Of a stretch of DNA of 64,000 nt, positions 31,097 to 40,388 are shown one piece after another. The notes below the pieces were generated by a model. It was not told where the DNA came from and did no database searches. It saw only the letters and a list, made by a program, of their open reading frames with translations. Each line of letters begins with the position of its first letter. Position 1 is the first letter of the stretch. Origin of the DNA: an uncultured Acidobacteriaceae bacterium (GTDB lineage Bacteria > Acidobacteriota > Terriglobia > Terriglobales > Acidobacteriaceae). The stretch is from contig CAWHRM010000011.1 in assembly GCA_963831675.1 (NCBI GenBank), positions 43,754-107,753 on the forward strand, given 5' to 3'. Position numbers and translations under genes: made by a program.

Positions 31097-31579
31097 TTGC
31101 CACGCCTCATCATCCGGTCTTCTGACATTCATGCTGCCGGCTGCTTCACCCTGGAACGCATTCCCAAGGGTACACGCATTCTGGAATACACGGGCGAACG
31201 CATCACCAAAGCCGAAGGCGACAACCGATACGACGGCCGTCCGTTCACCTACTTGTTTGGAGTCGGGGACGGTGAGGTGGTCATCGACGGCCACGGAATG
31301 GCCATGTTCGTGAACCACTCCTGCGATCCCAACTGTGAGACGGATGAGGAAAACGACAGGGTCTATATCATTACGGTGCGCGATGTCGCCGCCGGCGAGG
31401 AACTCACTTACGACTATTGCCTCTACGATGGCGAGGATGACGCGCCTTGCTTCTGCGGCACCAGAAGATGCCGTGGAAGCATGTATTCACCGGAAGAGCT
31501 GAGGAAAAAACAACGCGCCGAGGCAAGAAAAAAGAAGAAGCAAACCGGGCTGGGGGCGAAGAAGTCCTCGCCCCATTAA
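31097..31579 (+). CDS. SET-domain protein (lysine methyltransferase fold) with basic C-terminal tail
   Basis: IHAAGCFTLERIPKGTRILEYTGERI..., FVNHSCDPNC, EELTYDY, the post-SET-like CFCGTRRCRG, and the tail RKKQRAEARKKKKQTG. The start codon is TTG. Confidence 0.8.
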   Translation: MPRLIIRSSDIHAAGCFTLERIPKGTRILEYTGERITKAEGDNRYDGRPFTYLFGVGDGEVVIDGHGMAMFVNHSCDPNCETDEENDRVYIITVRDVAAGEELTYDYCLYDGEDDAPCFCGTRRCRGSMYSPEELRKKQRAEARKKKKQTGLGAKKSSPH

Positions 31580-31636
31580 GCAGCCCCCAATCCAGCCCAA
31601 CCAGGTACCAGTACTCCAAAACTTCCGCCGGTGCCG

Positions 31637-32416
31637 CTACAAGCTTCCCCGTCTCGAGCCAATGTGGATGCTGCCGTTCACGTTGCTCAGCTCGATGTGG
31701 GTTCCGCCGCCTCCCAGCGTACCGGAAAGGTTATGGTTTCCAAAGCTGCCTTGCACGGTAAGCGGGAAGTCCGACCTGATGGAGCCACTCACGGTTGAGG
31801 CTCTAACCTCCGCATTCGGAGAATCGGGCAGACCCAGTTTGACGCTTCCATTAACCGATTTCAGCTTAATTTCGCGGACGTTATTCAGGGATGCGTAGTT
31901 GGCCTCAATGCCGCCATTCACGCTCGAAATACTGGCTTCTCCCGTAAGATCGCTGATCTGCGCTTTGCCATTCACCAGGCTCGCCCTCACTTCGCCGGCC
32001 ACCTTCTGCACCGTGAGCGCGCCGTTCACCAGGCTGATGCGATCGAGTTGCGCATTCCGGGGCACGTGCAGCGTGTAATGGACGGAAGCCGGATTGTTGT
32101 TCGTGTAATTGTGCGGGTACTGGGTGTGGATCCGCACGTAGTCGCTGCCGGTTTCCACCTCGATGCGCGCCTCGTCGAGCCGTTGCTGGTCGCGGGCCTG
32201 CTTCACCGCATCAATCTGCACTTCGTTGCGGTCCCAGCCTGTGATTTCAACTCCCCCGTTGACATTGTCCAGAGAAACTTGCCCGTTGGCGGGCAGGGAA
32301 ACCGTGCGGTGAAACTCTTGTGAGACTTGCGCGTGGGCTGAGACGGCCAGCAGCAGCGCTATCAGCCCTCCCAGAAGCGGTCCATTCCAAATGGCAAACC
32401 TACGAGTGTGAGCCAT
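31637..32416 (-). CDS. DUF4097-family beta-strand repeat (putative adhesin) protein
   Basis: Signal peptide ...LIALLLAVSAHAQ and repeated VNGGVEI / VNGALTV / VNGGIEA / VNGSVKL / VSGSIRS / VNGSIHI strands. Confidence 0.75.
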   Translation of the reverse strand: MAHTRRFAIWNGPLLGGLIALLLAVSAHAQVSQEFHRTVSLPANGQVSLDNVNGGVEITGWDRNEVQIDAVKQARDQQRLDEARIEVETGSDYVRIHTQYPHNYTNNNPASVHYTLHVPRNAQLDRISLVNGALTVQKVAGEVRASLVNGKAQISDLTGEASISSVNGGIEANYASLNNVREIKLKSVNGSVKLGLPDSPNAEVRASTVSGSIRSDFPLTVQGSFGNHNLSGTLGGGGTHIELSNVNGSIHIGSRRGSL

Positions 32417-32542
32417 GGTGCCTCCTGTCGCCGATTAGACGTGAGGCTAGTCGAAAAGGTCATAGGCTTTTTCTGCCTGTGGGAGCGCAATCGGAAACAG
32501 GTATAATCGCCAGTAAGCCCCTCGGAAACGGTTCTCTCCATC

Positions 32543-33634
32543 GTGATCCAGAAGTCTGCACCACCCATCGACGGCATGTGGACGCGCAAAGGTTCCAGTG
32601 GCCTGGACCAGCGGCTTCCCGACGTACTGGAACGTACGCAGGCAGTCACCGTGATCGCGACCGTGCTCAACGAGGTGGACGACATTGAGCGGTTGGTCAC
32701 CAGCTTCATGGGCCAAACTCTTCGTCCCGCGGAGATTGTCATCGTGGATGGGGGCTCAAGCGACGGAACCTGGGAGTGGCTTGAGGCGGCCGGCAACCGA
32801 CACCCGAACCTGATCGTCATTCGGGATGAGAGTTGCAGTCTGAAGAATTCGCCAGGACCCATTGCGCGAGGCCGCAATGTGGCGATCGCGGCAGCGTCCT
32901 CGCACGTCATTGCCTGCGCCGATGCAGGTTGCGTGTACGGCCCGGAGTGGCTGGAGCGGCTGACAGCTCCGATTGTGAGTGGCAGTGCCGAATATGCGTT
33001 GGGCGGGTCTTGTATCGATGCCGCCGGTCGAACCATTTGGGACGTTGCCTCTGCGCCATTCCTGGGAATCAAGTTGTGGCCGGAGGAAGCGACCAAGTCG
33101 TGCACGGCTCGTTCCATGGCGTTTCGGAAAGGTGTCTGGAAACGCGTTGGGGGTTTCCCGGAAACAGTTTTTCTGATCGACGATACTCTGTTCGATATAC
33201 GAGTCCGCAAGATTACGTCGCCGGCATTTGTTGACCAGGCGAAGGCTGTCTACAAGCCGCGCCTTAGCGTGAAGACAGCCGCCAATCAGTTGGCGCGATA
33301 TGCCGTGGCTGACGGAGCCGCGGGCGTGAGGCGGCCTCGTTTCTTCCGGAATCTGGCCCGCTGCGTAGTCGAAGTCCTTGCGCTTGTACTGCTTCCTCGC
33401 ACCGCCATCCCGCTTGTGGGTGTGTTTGCGCTGGAAACCTTTTTCGCCTTTCGGCTCGACTGGCGCAGCTTTCCAGAAAAACATTCCTTCCGTGCACTGG
33501 CAGCCAGGCTGTTGTTCTCCTTGATAGCGCCCTGGGTCGTCGCGTGGAACTACCTTGTGGGCGCTATCACCAAGACAGTCGAGCCAAACGCTCAGAACGA
33601 TCCCGCCGCAGCCATTCGCCGCCAAGGTCAGTGA
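32543..33634 (+). CDS. family 2 glycosyltransferase with C-terminal membrane segments
   Basis: VTVIATVLNEVDDIERLVTSFMGQTLRPAEIVIVDGGSSDGT, a DxD-like ACADAG region, and a hydrophobic C-terminus. The GTG start at 32543 is uncertain; ATG 32576 is an alternative. Confidence 0.75.
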   Translation: MIQKSAPPIDGMWTRKGSSGLDQRLPDVLERTQAVTVIATVLNEVDDIERLVTSFMGQTLRPAEIVIVDGGSSDGTWEWLEAAGNRHPNLIVIRDESCSLKNSPGPIARGRNVAIAAASSHVIACADAGCVYGPEWLERLTAPIVSGSAEYALGGSCIDAAGRTIWDVASAPFLGIKLWPEEATKSCTARSMAFRKGVWKRVGGFPETVFLIDDTLFDIRVRKITSPAFVDQAKAVYKPRLSVKTAANQLARYAVADGAAGVRRPRFFRNLARCVVEVLALVLLPRTAIPLVGVFALETFFAFRLDWRSFPEKHSFRALAARLLFSLIAPWVVAWNYLVGAITKTVEPNAQNDPAAAIRRQGQ

Positions 33635-33700
33635 GTTGAGTGTCGGTGGAAACTAAGCCTTCCCGATGGCTTGCCTGCCCTCCGAACCAGTGGCTTGGCC

Positions 33701-35776
33701 TCAGTCCCGGAACCGGTACCACAGCAGGTGATACACGGCGGCGACGCCGTCGGTCCAACTGATCTTCTTGCCTTCGGCGTAGGTGCGGCCGTGATACACG
33801 ATCGGCACTTCGTAGATGCGGGCGCCGAGCTTGGCCAGCTTGACCGTGATCTCGGTTTCAATGCTGAAGCGGTCCGAGCGGATATGGATCTGCGAAAACA
33901 ATTCGCGGCGGAAGACCTTGTAACAGGCCGTCACGTCGTGAATGCTCAGGCCGGTGAGCATGTTGCACAGCAGGGAGAAGAAGCGATTCAGCACATAGCG
34001 CCAATAGCGCGGCACGCGGTGCGGCCCATCGTGAAACCGGTTTCCAAAGACCGCGTCGGCGTGGCCTTCGAGAATCGGCGCGATCAGCAGCGGATAATCG
34101 CGAGGGTCGTATTCCAGGTCCGCATCCTGGATCAGCACCAACTCGCCCGTTACGTGTTCCAGGGCAGTGCGAACCGCGGCGCCTTTACCCTGATTTTTGT
34201 GGTGTAGTACAAGCTTGACGCTGTTCGCTCCACTGCCACCAAGCAGCTTTGGCAGGTCGGCCTCCTGCAACACCTCGCGCGTGCCGTCGGTCGAGCAGTC
34301 ATCCACGATGACCAGCTCTTTGCGCAGGCTGAGCGGTTGTCGCGCAACCTGCTGCAGCAGCCTCATCACCGATTTGCGTTCGTTGTAAACCGGAATGATC
34401 ACCGACAGCGTATGGAACTGCGGCAAGGCCTCGTCTTCTCCGGGCTGAGGAAACTCTGCCGTCTCCTTGCCGGCCACGGAACGGGTTCGGGCTTCGGAAA
34501 CCAGATAGACTCCGAGGATCAGCAACTCCGGATCGATAGGATGCCGGTAACGAGGCTCCGGAAAGCAAATATAGTAGACCAGCGGATAGAACGCCAGCAG
34601 GCTGGCGAACAGGAACACGCCGTGGACCCGCCGCTTCAAGGCCAGTAACAGTCCCCAGATGCCGGCCACCGATACCAGCAGAAAATGGGTGTTCTTGGTT
34701 TCCGCCAACCATTGAATCCTGAATTCTCTCGGTGTGCCGTTCCAGAAATAAATGACCCGCCGCAAGCTGAGCACGACGAACCTGCCCGGATGCTGCGCGA
34801 TCCACTCCCGGGCCAGGCGTCCTTGTTCGGCGCAAAACGCCGGCTCGCCCATCCGTTTGTATTTTGCATACAGCAGCTTGTTGTCGCTGGGATGATAGGC
34901 AGACACATACATGCCTTCCGCTAAAGGATTGTTGCCCATGCGCAGCTCGTTGCCGAAGTTATCGCGCAGGAACACGGGCCTGCCAAGTGCCTCGTAGTTG
35001 CGGACCAGCCAGGGCATGATCGTCATCCAGAAAACGACGGCGCTGAGCACGGCCGGCATGACAAAACGTTTTCCACGGCGGTGCAACTGATATACCAGCC
35101 AGCATCCGGCGAAGGGAAGAAACGAGAGCGCCGCCGGATTGGTCAGCGCCGCGATTCCCCACAGCAATCCGTATCCCAGCCACGAAGAGGGACGCTCGTC
35201 GCCCTCCATCTCCACCGTGAGCATGAACAGCAGGCTGAGCAGGAAGGCCGAAAGGCTCGTCTCCCAAACCCACTTCACCGACCAGAAGATGGTGTCGGGA
35301 TACAACGCCCAAATCCAGCCCGACCAGGCCGCAACCGTCTCGCCGAAAACCCTGCGCGCGGTACGATAAACCGTCCAGCTCGTCAGCGCCGCGAAGACGC
35401 TGTTGAAGGCCAGCGCCGAAAATGCGGCTGCCCGGCTGTAACTGCCAAACATCCGAAACAGCAGCGAGAGGACCCACGGGTAAGCGGGTGAAGTCCACGC
35501 CGATGCCCCAGTGTCGCCACCGAATGGAGAGCTGAAGCCGTGTCCGTTGGCGAGCGAGTAGGCCAGGCGACCGGTCTCAAAGCCGAACCCAAAGTTGGCT
35601 TCGTTGGTACGAAAGCGGTAGGTGTGCGCCAGCGCGATCCACAGAACCCGCACCGCCAGGGCGACCAGCACCATCCACGCCGGGGAGTGCCAGATGCTCC
35701 GCCAGCGAGATGGCGGCAGCCGGCTTGCGGTGTGCGAAATGGGTATGACAGGCGGCGGTTGGGCCTTGAGATGCAT
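33701..35776 (-). CDS. fusion of a GT-C (family 39/PMT_2, ArnT-like) membrane glycosyltransferase and a GT2 polyprenol-phosphate glycosyltransferase (Dpm1/ArnC-like)
   Basis: The N-terminal ~430 aa are multi-TM with ...ETGRLAYSLANGHGFSSPFGGDTGASAWTSPAYPWVLSLL... The C-terminal part reads LSVIIPVYNERKSVMRLLQQV...LVIVDDCSTDGT...NQGKGAAVRTAL...LIQDADLEYDP. The ORF is intact over 691 aa. Confidence 0.75.
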   Translation of the reverse strand: MHLKAQPPPVIPISHTASRLPPSRWRSIWHSPAWMVLVALAVRVLWIALAHTYRFRTNEANFGFGFETGRLAYSLANGHGFSSPFGGDTGASAWTSPAYPWVLSLLFRMFGSYSRAAAFSALAFNSVFAALTSWTVYRTARRVFGETVAAWSGWIWALYPDTIFWSVKWVWETSLSAFLLSLLFMLTVEMEGDERPSSWLGYGLLWGIAALTNPAALSFLPFAGCWLVYQLHRRGKRFVMPAVLSAVVFWMTIMPWLVRNYEALGRPVFLRDNFGNELRMGNNPLAEGMYVSAYHPSDNKLLYAKYKRMGEPAFCAEQGRLAREWIAQHPGRFVVLSLRRVIYFWNGTPREFRIQWLAETKNTHFLLVSVAGIWGLLLALKRRVHGVFLFASLLAFYPLVYYICFPEPRYRHPIDPELLILGVYLVSEARTRSVAGKETAEFPQPGEDEALPQFHTLSVIIPVYNERKSVMRLLQQVARQPLSLRKELVIVDDCSTDGTREVLQEADLPKLLGGSGANSVKLVLHHKNQGKGAAVRTALEHVTGELVLIQDADLEYDPRDYPLLIAPILEGHADAVFGNRFHDGPHRVPRYWRYVLNRFFSLLCNMLTGLSIHDVTACYKVFRRELFSQIHIRSDRFSIETEITVKLAKLGARIYEVPIVYHGRTYAEGKKISWTDGVAAVYHLLWYRFRD

Positions 35777-35859
35777 GCCTCAGGCGATTTTATCGTAGCG
35801 TATAATGCCCGCACCAAAGCCGGGACCATCCAAGGGTCCCGGCGCCTCAGGGGGCGCAA

Positions 35860-37537
35860 ATGGCGGGTAAAAGTGTCGTGGTGTTGGGAGGCGGTGTCGG
35901 AGGGTTGAGCGCAGCCCACGAGCTTGCCGAACGAGGCTTTCAGGTTCGCGTGTTCGAGCGCAAGCCTCTATTCGGCGGCAAGGCGCGCAGTATCGAAGTA
36001 CAGAACACTGCCACCGCAGCGCGCAAAAACCTCCCGGGCGAACATGGATTCCGTTTTTTCCCGAACTTCTACAAACATGTTACCGACACCATGAAGCGCA
36101 TCCCGTATCCCGGGAATGCGGCGGGAGTGTTTGACAACATCGTTCCCGGAACGCGGGCGCAGATCGCGCGCAACGGGAAGATGTCAATCATCGCAGTCGC
36201 GCGCTATCCCCAGACGCTTGACGACTGGGTGACCACCTTGAAGGCGGTGGTGAACGGCGCAGAGCTGGGCATTCCCGACGCGGAGGTCCTGTTCTATGTT
36301 GACCGGCTGCTGACCCTGCTTACCACGTGCGAGGAGCGGAGAGTCGCGGAGTACGAGAAGATTGCGTGGTGGGATTTCATCGATGCGGCCCACAAGTCCG
36401 CGGCCTATCAGCAATTTCTGGCGCGCGGCATGACCCGCTCCATGGTGGCCATCCGGGCCGAAGAAGGCAGCACCCGCACCGTCGGATACATCGGGCTTCA
36501 GCTCACCCTTGGTTTACTCGCGATAGGCAACCCGGTGGACCGGCTGCTGAACGGACCCACCAATGAAGTGTGGATCGATCCCTGGATTCAGCATCTGCAA
36601 TCGCTCGGAGTTGAGGTCCACAGTGGCGCCCGGCTTGCCAGCTTCCAGATGAAAGGGCCGGCGATATCGTCCGTCACCATCGAAATGGACGGAGGGATGC
36701 ATGAGGTGACTGGGGACTACTACGTCTCGGCCCTGCCGGCAGAAGCCATTGCACCGCTGCTGACCGACGATATGAAGCGGGCCGCGCCCTCCATCGCCAA
36801 CATCGACAAACTGCGCACCAGTTGGATGAATGGGTTGCAATTTTATCTGCAGCACGATGTTCCGGTGGTGAACGGGCATACCATCTATATCGATTCGCCG
36901 TGGGCGCTGACCTCGGTTTCGCAGCGCCAGTTTTGGCGCAGCGATCAGCTCCAGAACTACGGCGACGGACGCCTGGGCGGCATTCTCTCGGTGGACATCT
37001 CGGACTGGACTGCTCCGGGGATCCTCTATGGCAAGCCCGCCATGCAATGCACCGCGGAGGAAATCAAGAACGAGGTGTGGGCGCAAATCAAGGGACACCT
37101 GAACGTGGACGGCGCGGAGCAGCTTGAAGATGGCAACCTGCTGGCCTGGTTTCTGGATCCTGACATCGAATTTCCCAATCCCAGCCAGGTGACGAATTTG
37201 GAGCCGCTGCTCATCAACACCGCGGGCTCGCTGGCGTATCGGCCGGAGGCTTACACCGAGATTCCAAACCTGTTTCTGGCTTCGGACTACGTCCACACCT
37301 ATAGCGACCTGGCGTGCATGGAGGGCGCCAATGAAGCGGCGCGGCGGGCGACCAACGCCATCCTGGACCGCGAGAAGTCGTCAGCGCCGCGGGCAGGCTT
37401 TGTGGCCGCTGGAAGAGCCCGCGTTTTTTGCGCCTATGCGTGATTACGATCGGCTACGATTCAAACTTGGTCTGCCGCACGCAAGTCTTCACGCTGATTT
37501 GCCGCTGCGCCTGGCGGCCGCTGTGTCCGGCCACTGA
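35860..37537 (+). pseudogene. FAD-dependent oxidoreductase (amine oxidase/phytoene desaturase superfamily), probable 3-prime frameshift
   Basis: The dinucleotide-binding motif is VVVLGGGVGGLSAAHELAERGFQVRVFERKPLFGGKA. After ...ILDREKSSAPR (about 37395) the conserved-looking tail LWPLEEPAFFAPMRDYDRLRFKLGLPH continues in ORF 37331..37537, not in the listed frame that stops at 37443. Confidence 0.6.
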
Positions 37538-37665
37538 AGGCCAAAGGCATTCTCCGTCAGCCAAGGCGAAAGCCCATGCGGAGGGCCTGCGTAGGTCGCG
37601 AAGCTGGCGATCAGGCCAAGGAGTTGCCTGCATTATTCATCTGCTTCGGTAGCTGGAGGCAGAAA

Positions 37666-38009
37666 GCTTTGAAGGGGCACGGCTTCAGCCGTGCCGTCAC
37701 GGGTGCGTGGTGAGTTGGGCTTTCAGAGGGTGTGTGAGAACTACGGTTGGTTTGCGACAGTGGAGCGAGCGTGTGGAAAACTAGCCCCAAGGGGGCGGTT
37801 CAGTATTAGCCCAGCACGCAGCCGAAGGCGGAGTGCTGGGTAGAGTGGGAAGTTGATCTGAGCCCCGTAGGGGCGACACGGTTCTCACACACCCTCTTCA
37901 GCCCCTGAGGGCACTTGCACTTGGTCTCCAAACCGAAGGCCCTCAGCGGCTAAAGCCATCCTAAGAAGGGCAGCTCTACGGCACGGCTGAAGCCGTGCCC
38001 CTTTAAAGC
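37666..38009. repeat. nested inverted-repeat (MITE-like) composite, ~344 bp
   Basis: Outer arms are gctttgaaggggcacggcttcagccgtgcc (37666-37695) and ggcacggctgaagccgtgcccctttaaagc (37981-38009). Inner arms are agagggtgtgtgagaac and gttctcacacaccctct. The core carries ttagcccagcac...gtgctgggta and gagcccc-gtag-gggcgacacgg. Confidence 0.8.
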
Positions 38010-38199
38010 GTCAGTCCCGGATGAATAATCCGGCCTAGACTCGGCATAACCGCAACTGTGATGTCCGTCACAGCCCGCTGGTAGATCGATCGGCGAAGAT
38101 AGAGGGTCGGAAACGCAGGTCCCGTCGACTGGACTAGAAAGTCTGTGGGAGTACGCAACTGAGGAATTTGCGGCAGGAGAGGAGACCTGAGCCGGCCGC

Positions 38200-38300
38200 A
38201 AATCCAGCCCCGCAGGGGCGACTCAGTCTGGCCCAGCGCGCAAGCGCTGGGGGAAGTGCGAAATTGACCTGAGCCCCGTAGGGGCGGTACGGTTTCTCAC
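38200..38300. repeat. hairpin-module cluster
   Basis: The modules are gcccc-gcag-gggc, cccagcgc-gcaa-gcgctggg and gagcccc-gtag-gggcggtacgg. Confidence 0.75.
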
Positions 38301-38356
38301 GCAGACTCTAAAGCCCTCGCTCGGGACGCCAGCAAGAAAACGGGAGAAGGTATTGC

Positions 38357-38965
38357 ATGGGATGGATTGAGAACAAGTTCGAGAAGAACTTTCTGGTCAC
38401 CACAGTCGATTACGTTTTCAACTGGGCGCGCAAGTCTGCGATTTGGCCCATGACGTTCGGCCTGGCCTGCTGCGCGATCGAGATGATCGCCGCCTCCACC
38501 TCGCGCTTCGACATCGCGCGCTTCGGCTCGGAGGTGTTTCGTCCCAGCCCGCGGCAGAGCGATCTGATGATCGTGGCCGGCACGGTCACGCTGAAGATGG
38601 CGCCGGTGGTGAAGCGCATCTATGACCAGATGCCCGACCCCAAGTGGTGCATCTCGATGGGCGCGTGTTCGTCGGTGGGTGGCCCGTTCAATACCTACGC
38701 GGTACTGCAGGGCGTGGACCGCATCGTGCCGGTGGACGTGTATGTGGTCGGCTGTCCGCCGCGGCCGGAAAACCTCTTCTACGGATTGCTGCGCCTGCAG
38801 GACAAGATTGACAAGATGAGCATCGCCAAAAAGCCCACCGAAGTTCGCCTGCACGAAGACATGGTGGACGACTTCAAGCAGCAGATCCGCATCGCGCAAG
38901 CCAACTTCGCCAACCCCGAGCACCTGGTGCAGCCGGTGGAAAAAGGTGTAGTCGCAGGGCGATAA
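38357..38965 (+). CDS. nuoB: NADH-quinone oxidoreductase subunit B-family protein (orphan copy)
   Basis: ...[15 protein letters not shown]...[15 protein letters not shown]...[16 protein letters not shown]...[13 protein letters not shown] (Fe-S N2 Cys ligands). No nuoA, nuoC or nuoD lies adjacent. Confidence 0.85.
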   Translation: MGWIENKFEKNFLVTTVDYVFNWARKSAIWPMTFGLACCAIEMIAASTSRFDIARFGSEVFRPSPRQSDLMIVAGTVTLKMAPVVKRIYDQMPDPKWCISMGACSSVGGPFNTYAVLQGVDRIVPVDVYVVGCPPRPENLFYGLLRLQDKIDKMSIAKKPTEVRLHEDMVDDFKQQIRIAQANFANPEHLVQPVEKGVVAGR

Positions 38966-38972
38966 TAGGGCG

Positions 38973-39239
38973 ATGAAGATCGAGATCATTCACTGCCCAA
39001 CCTGACAGAACAACCAAGCCAAGGTCACGAGTCTCGTGGCCCTCATCAAAAATCGCCTCGGCATCGAAGCCGTCATTACGCAGGGCAAGCACGGTCAGTT
39101 CGAGGTTCTGGCCGACGGCAAGAAGACAGCCGAGCGCGGTGGAAACTGGTTGACACGGAGCTTTGGGGCCGGCTATCCCGATCTCGAAGGCGTGGTCGAG
39201 CAGCTTGAGAAGCACCGTACAACTGACGCAGCGCGGTAG
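38973..39239 (+). CDS. Rdx/SelW-like selenoprotein candidate (88 aa, UGA-Sec at codon 11)
   Basis: ATG 38973, then MKIEIIHCPT, TGA (39003-39005), then QNNQAKVTSLVALIKNRLGIEAVITQGKHGQFEVLADGKK... This is in frame with ORF-track 39036..39239. The CxxU motif sits at the end of beta1 as in Rdx-fold proteins, and a hairpin follows the TGA. Confidence 0.6.
39023..39041 (+). promoter_or_regulatory. SECIS-like hairpin
   Basis: ggtcacga-gtc-tcgtggcc forms a 9-bp stem including one G-U pair. It has a GUC apical loop and begins 17 nt after the in-frame UGA. Confidence 0.45.
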
Positions 39240-39698
39240 GCAGCACGTCTCCCGTTACCAACGCCGGTCAGGCGCGACACCAACCCGAACAGTTGTTGCG
39301 CCCGGTGCCATCAAGGTTCGCGTCCTTTTTTTGGACGCGTCTAATCAGAACCTCGAAGCCAGCTTCCTCGGCGGCTTTGAGCAACGCGCTGTTGACCAGC
39401 CTGTCTCTGGCAGAGGACCCTGATCCACCAGTCGCGCTCCGCGCGACGCAAGGTGACAGCCCCGGCCTTCAGAGACTGTGTCGCGACTAAGAATGGAGTC
39501 TGGGGTGGAACAATCCGCCAAAAAAACGCAGGAATCAGCCGCGAAGCGGCGGCCGTGGTTTGAGCCCGGGGCGCAAGCCCCGGGTCAAGTGGAAAATTGA
39601 GACGAGCCGCGTAGCGGCGGCACCGGTTGCGACACAGTCTCTTCAGGCCGGGGTAGACCAGTTAAGAGCCCCGGGTGCCCCGGGCACGGCAGGCCTCG

Positions 39699-40313
39699 CT
39701 AACCCCCGGAACCGGCCGGCGCCGCGCTTTCAGCGGCAAATTGCAGCAGGGTCGTGAGCTGTTGCAGGGTGAGATTGTAAACCTCGGCGATCTCCGGCAG
39801 GGGATTGCCTCCGGCAACGGCCTCGATGATGTCAACCAGCGGCACCAGAGTTCCGCCAGCCACCCACACGCTCCCCCTCTTGGTTTGCACGCACTCCGCC
39901 GCTGAACACTTCGACCAATCGAAATGGTCAGCCTTGCGGAGCCAGCCTTCCGCCAGCGCTTCGAGGCCGGGAAGGGAACCGCCGCCGGCAACAAAAGGTG
40001 CTCCCGCGGTAGGCAAGGTCTCAACCGGACGCCCGCCTTGCTGGCCGGTCGAGGTATACGCTGACTCGCGTTGGTCCTTCGACTGTGGGCCCGCAGGTGC
40101 CCGTGAGATTTCTGGGCCAGAGAAGGACCTCCGCTTCGATGCAGCCGTCGGGGCTCCCGACTGAAGCTGAGCGGCCCAGACTTCAAATGCCTGCAGGATC
40201 GCCTCGCGCATGGTCATGCCCTGGCTTACGGCCAGAGTCCTGATGCGCCGCCTCTCGGCTTCTGACAGCCGGACGAATATCGGTTTTATGTCGCGCTTGT
40301 CGGCTTTGGGCAT
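39699..40313 (-). CDS. ribbon-helix-helix (CopG/ParG-like) N-domain fused to a C-terminal DUF433 domain
   Basis: N-terminus KPIFVRLSEAERRRIRTLAVSQGMTMREAILQAFEVWA (RHH) and a low-complexity linker. The C-terminus reads ECVQTKRGSVWVAGGTLVPLVDIIEAVAGGNPLPEIAEVYNLTLQQLTTLLQFAAE (DUF433-like). Confidence 0.65.
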   Translation of the reverse strand: MPKADKRDIKPIFVRLSEAERRRIRTLAVSQGMTMREAILQAFEVWAAQLQSGAPTAASKRRSFSGPEISRAPAGPQSKDQRESAYTSTGQQGGRPVETLPTAGAPFVAGGGSLPGLEALAEGWLRKADHFDWSKCSAAECVQTKRGSVWVAGGTLVPLVDIIEAVAGGNPLPEIAEVYNLTLQQLTTLLQFAAESAAPAGSGG

Positions 40314-40388
40314 GTGCTAATCTTGCTTATCATGATTATCAAAGATGTGCTTATCTTGATTATCAAGCTTAGCACTATAACGAGTCAA
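40314..40388 (-). promoter_or_regulatory. AT-rich promoter/operator with iterated repeats
   Basis: tgcttatcatgattatcaa (40324-40342) and tgcttatcttgattatcaa (40348-40366) match at 18/19 positions with a 24-bp period. They are flanked by gtgctaa (40314-40320) and ttagcac (40369-40375). On the minus strand, TTGACT (40388-40383), 18 nt and GATAAT (40364-40359) form a sigma70-like promoter overlapping the repeats. Confidence 0.55.

Noticed and set aside
39319-39339. Hairpin cgcgtcc-ttttttt-ggacgcg downstream of the selenoprotein gene, considered as a terminator.
   Set aside because: The T-run forms the loop rather than trailing the stem, so it does not fit the intrinsic terminator model. It may still be structural.
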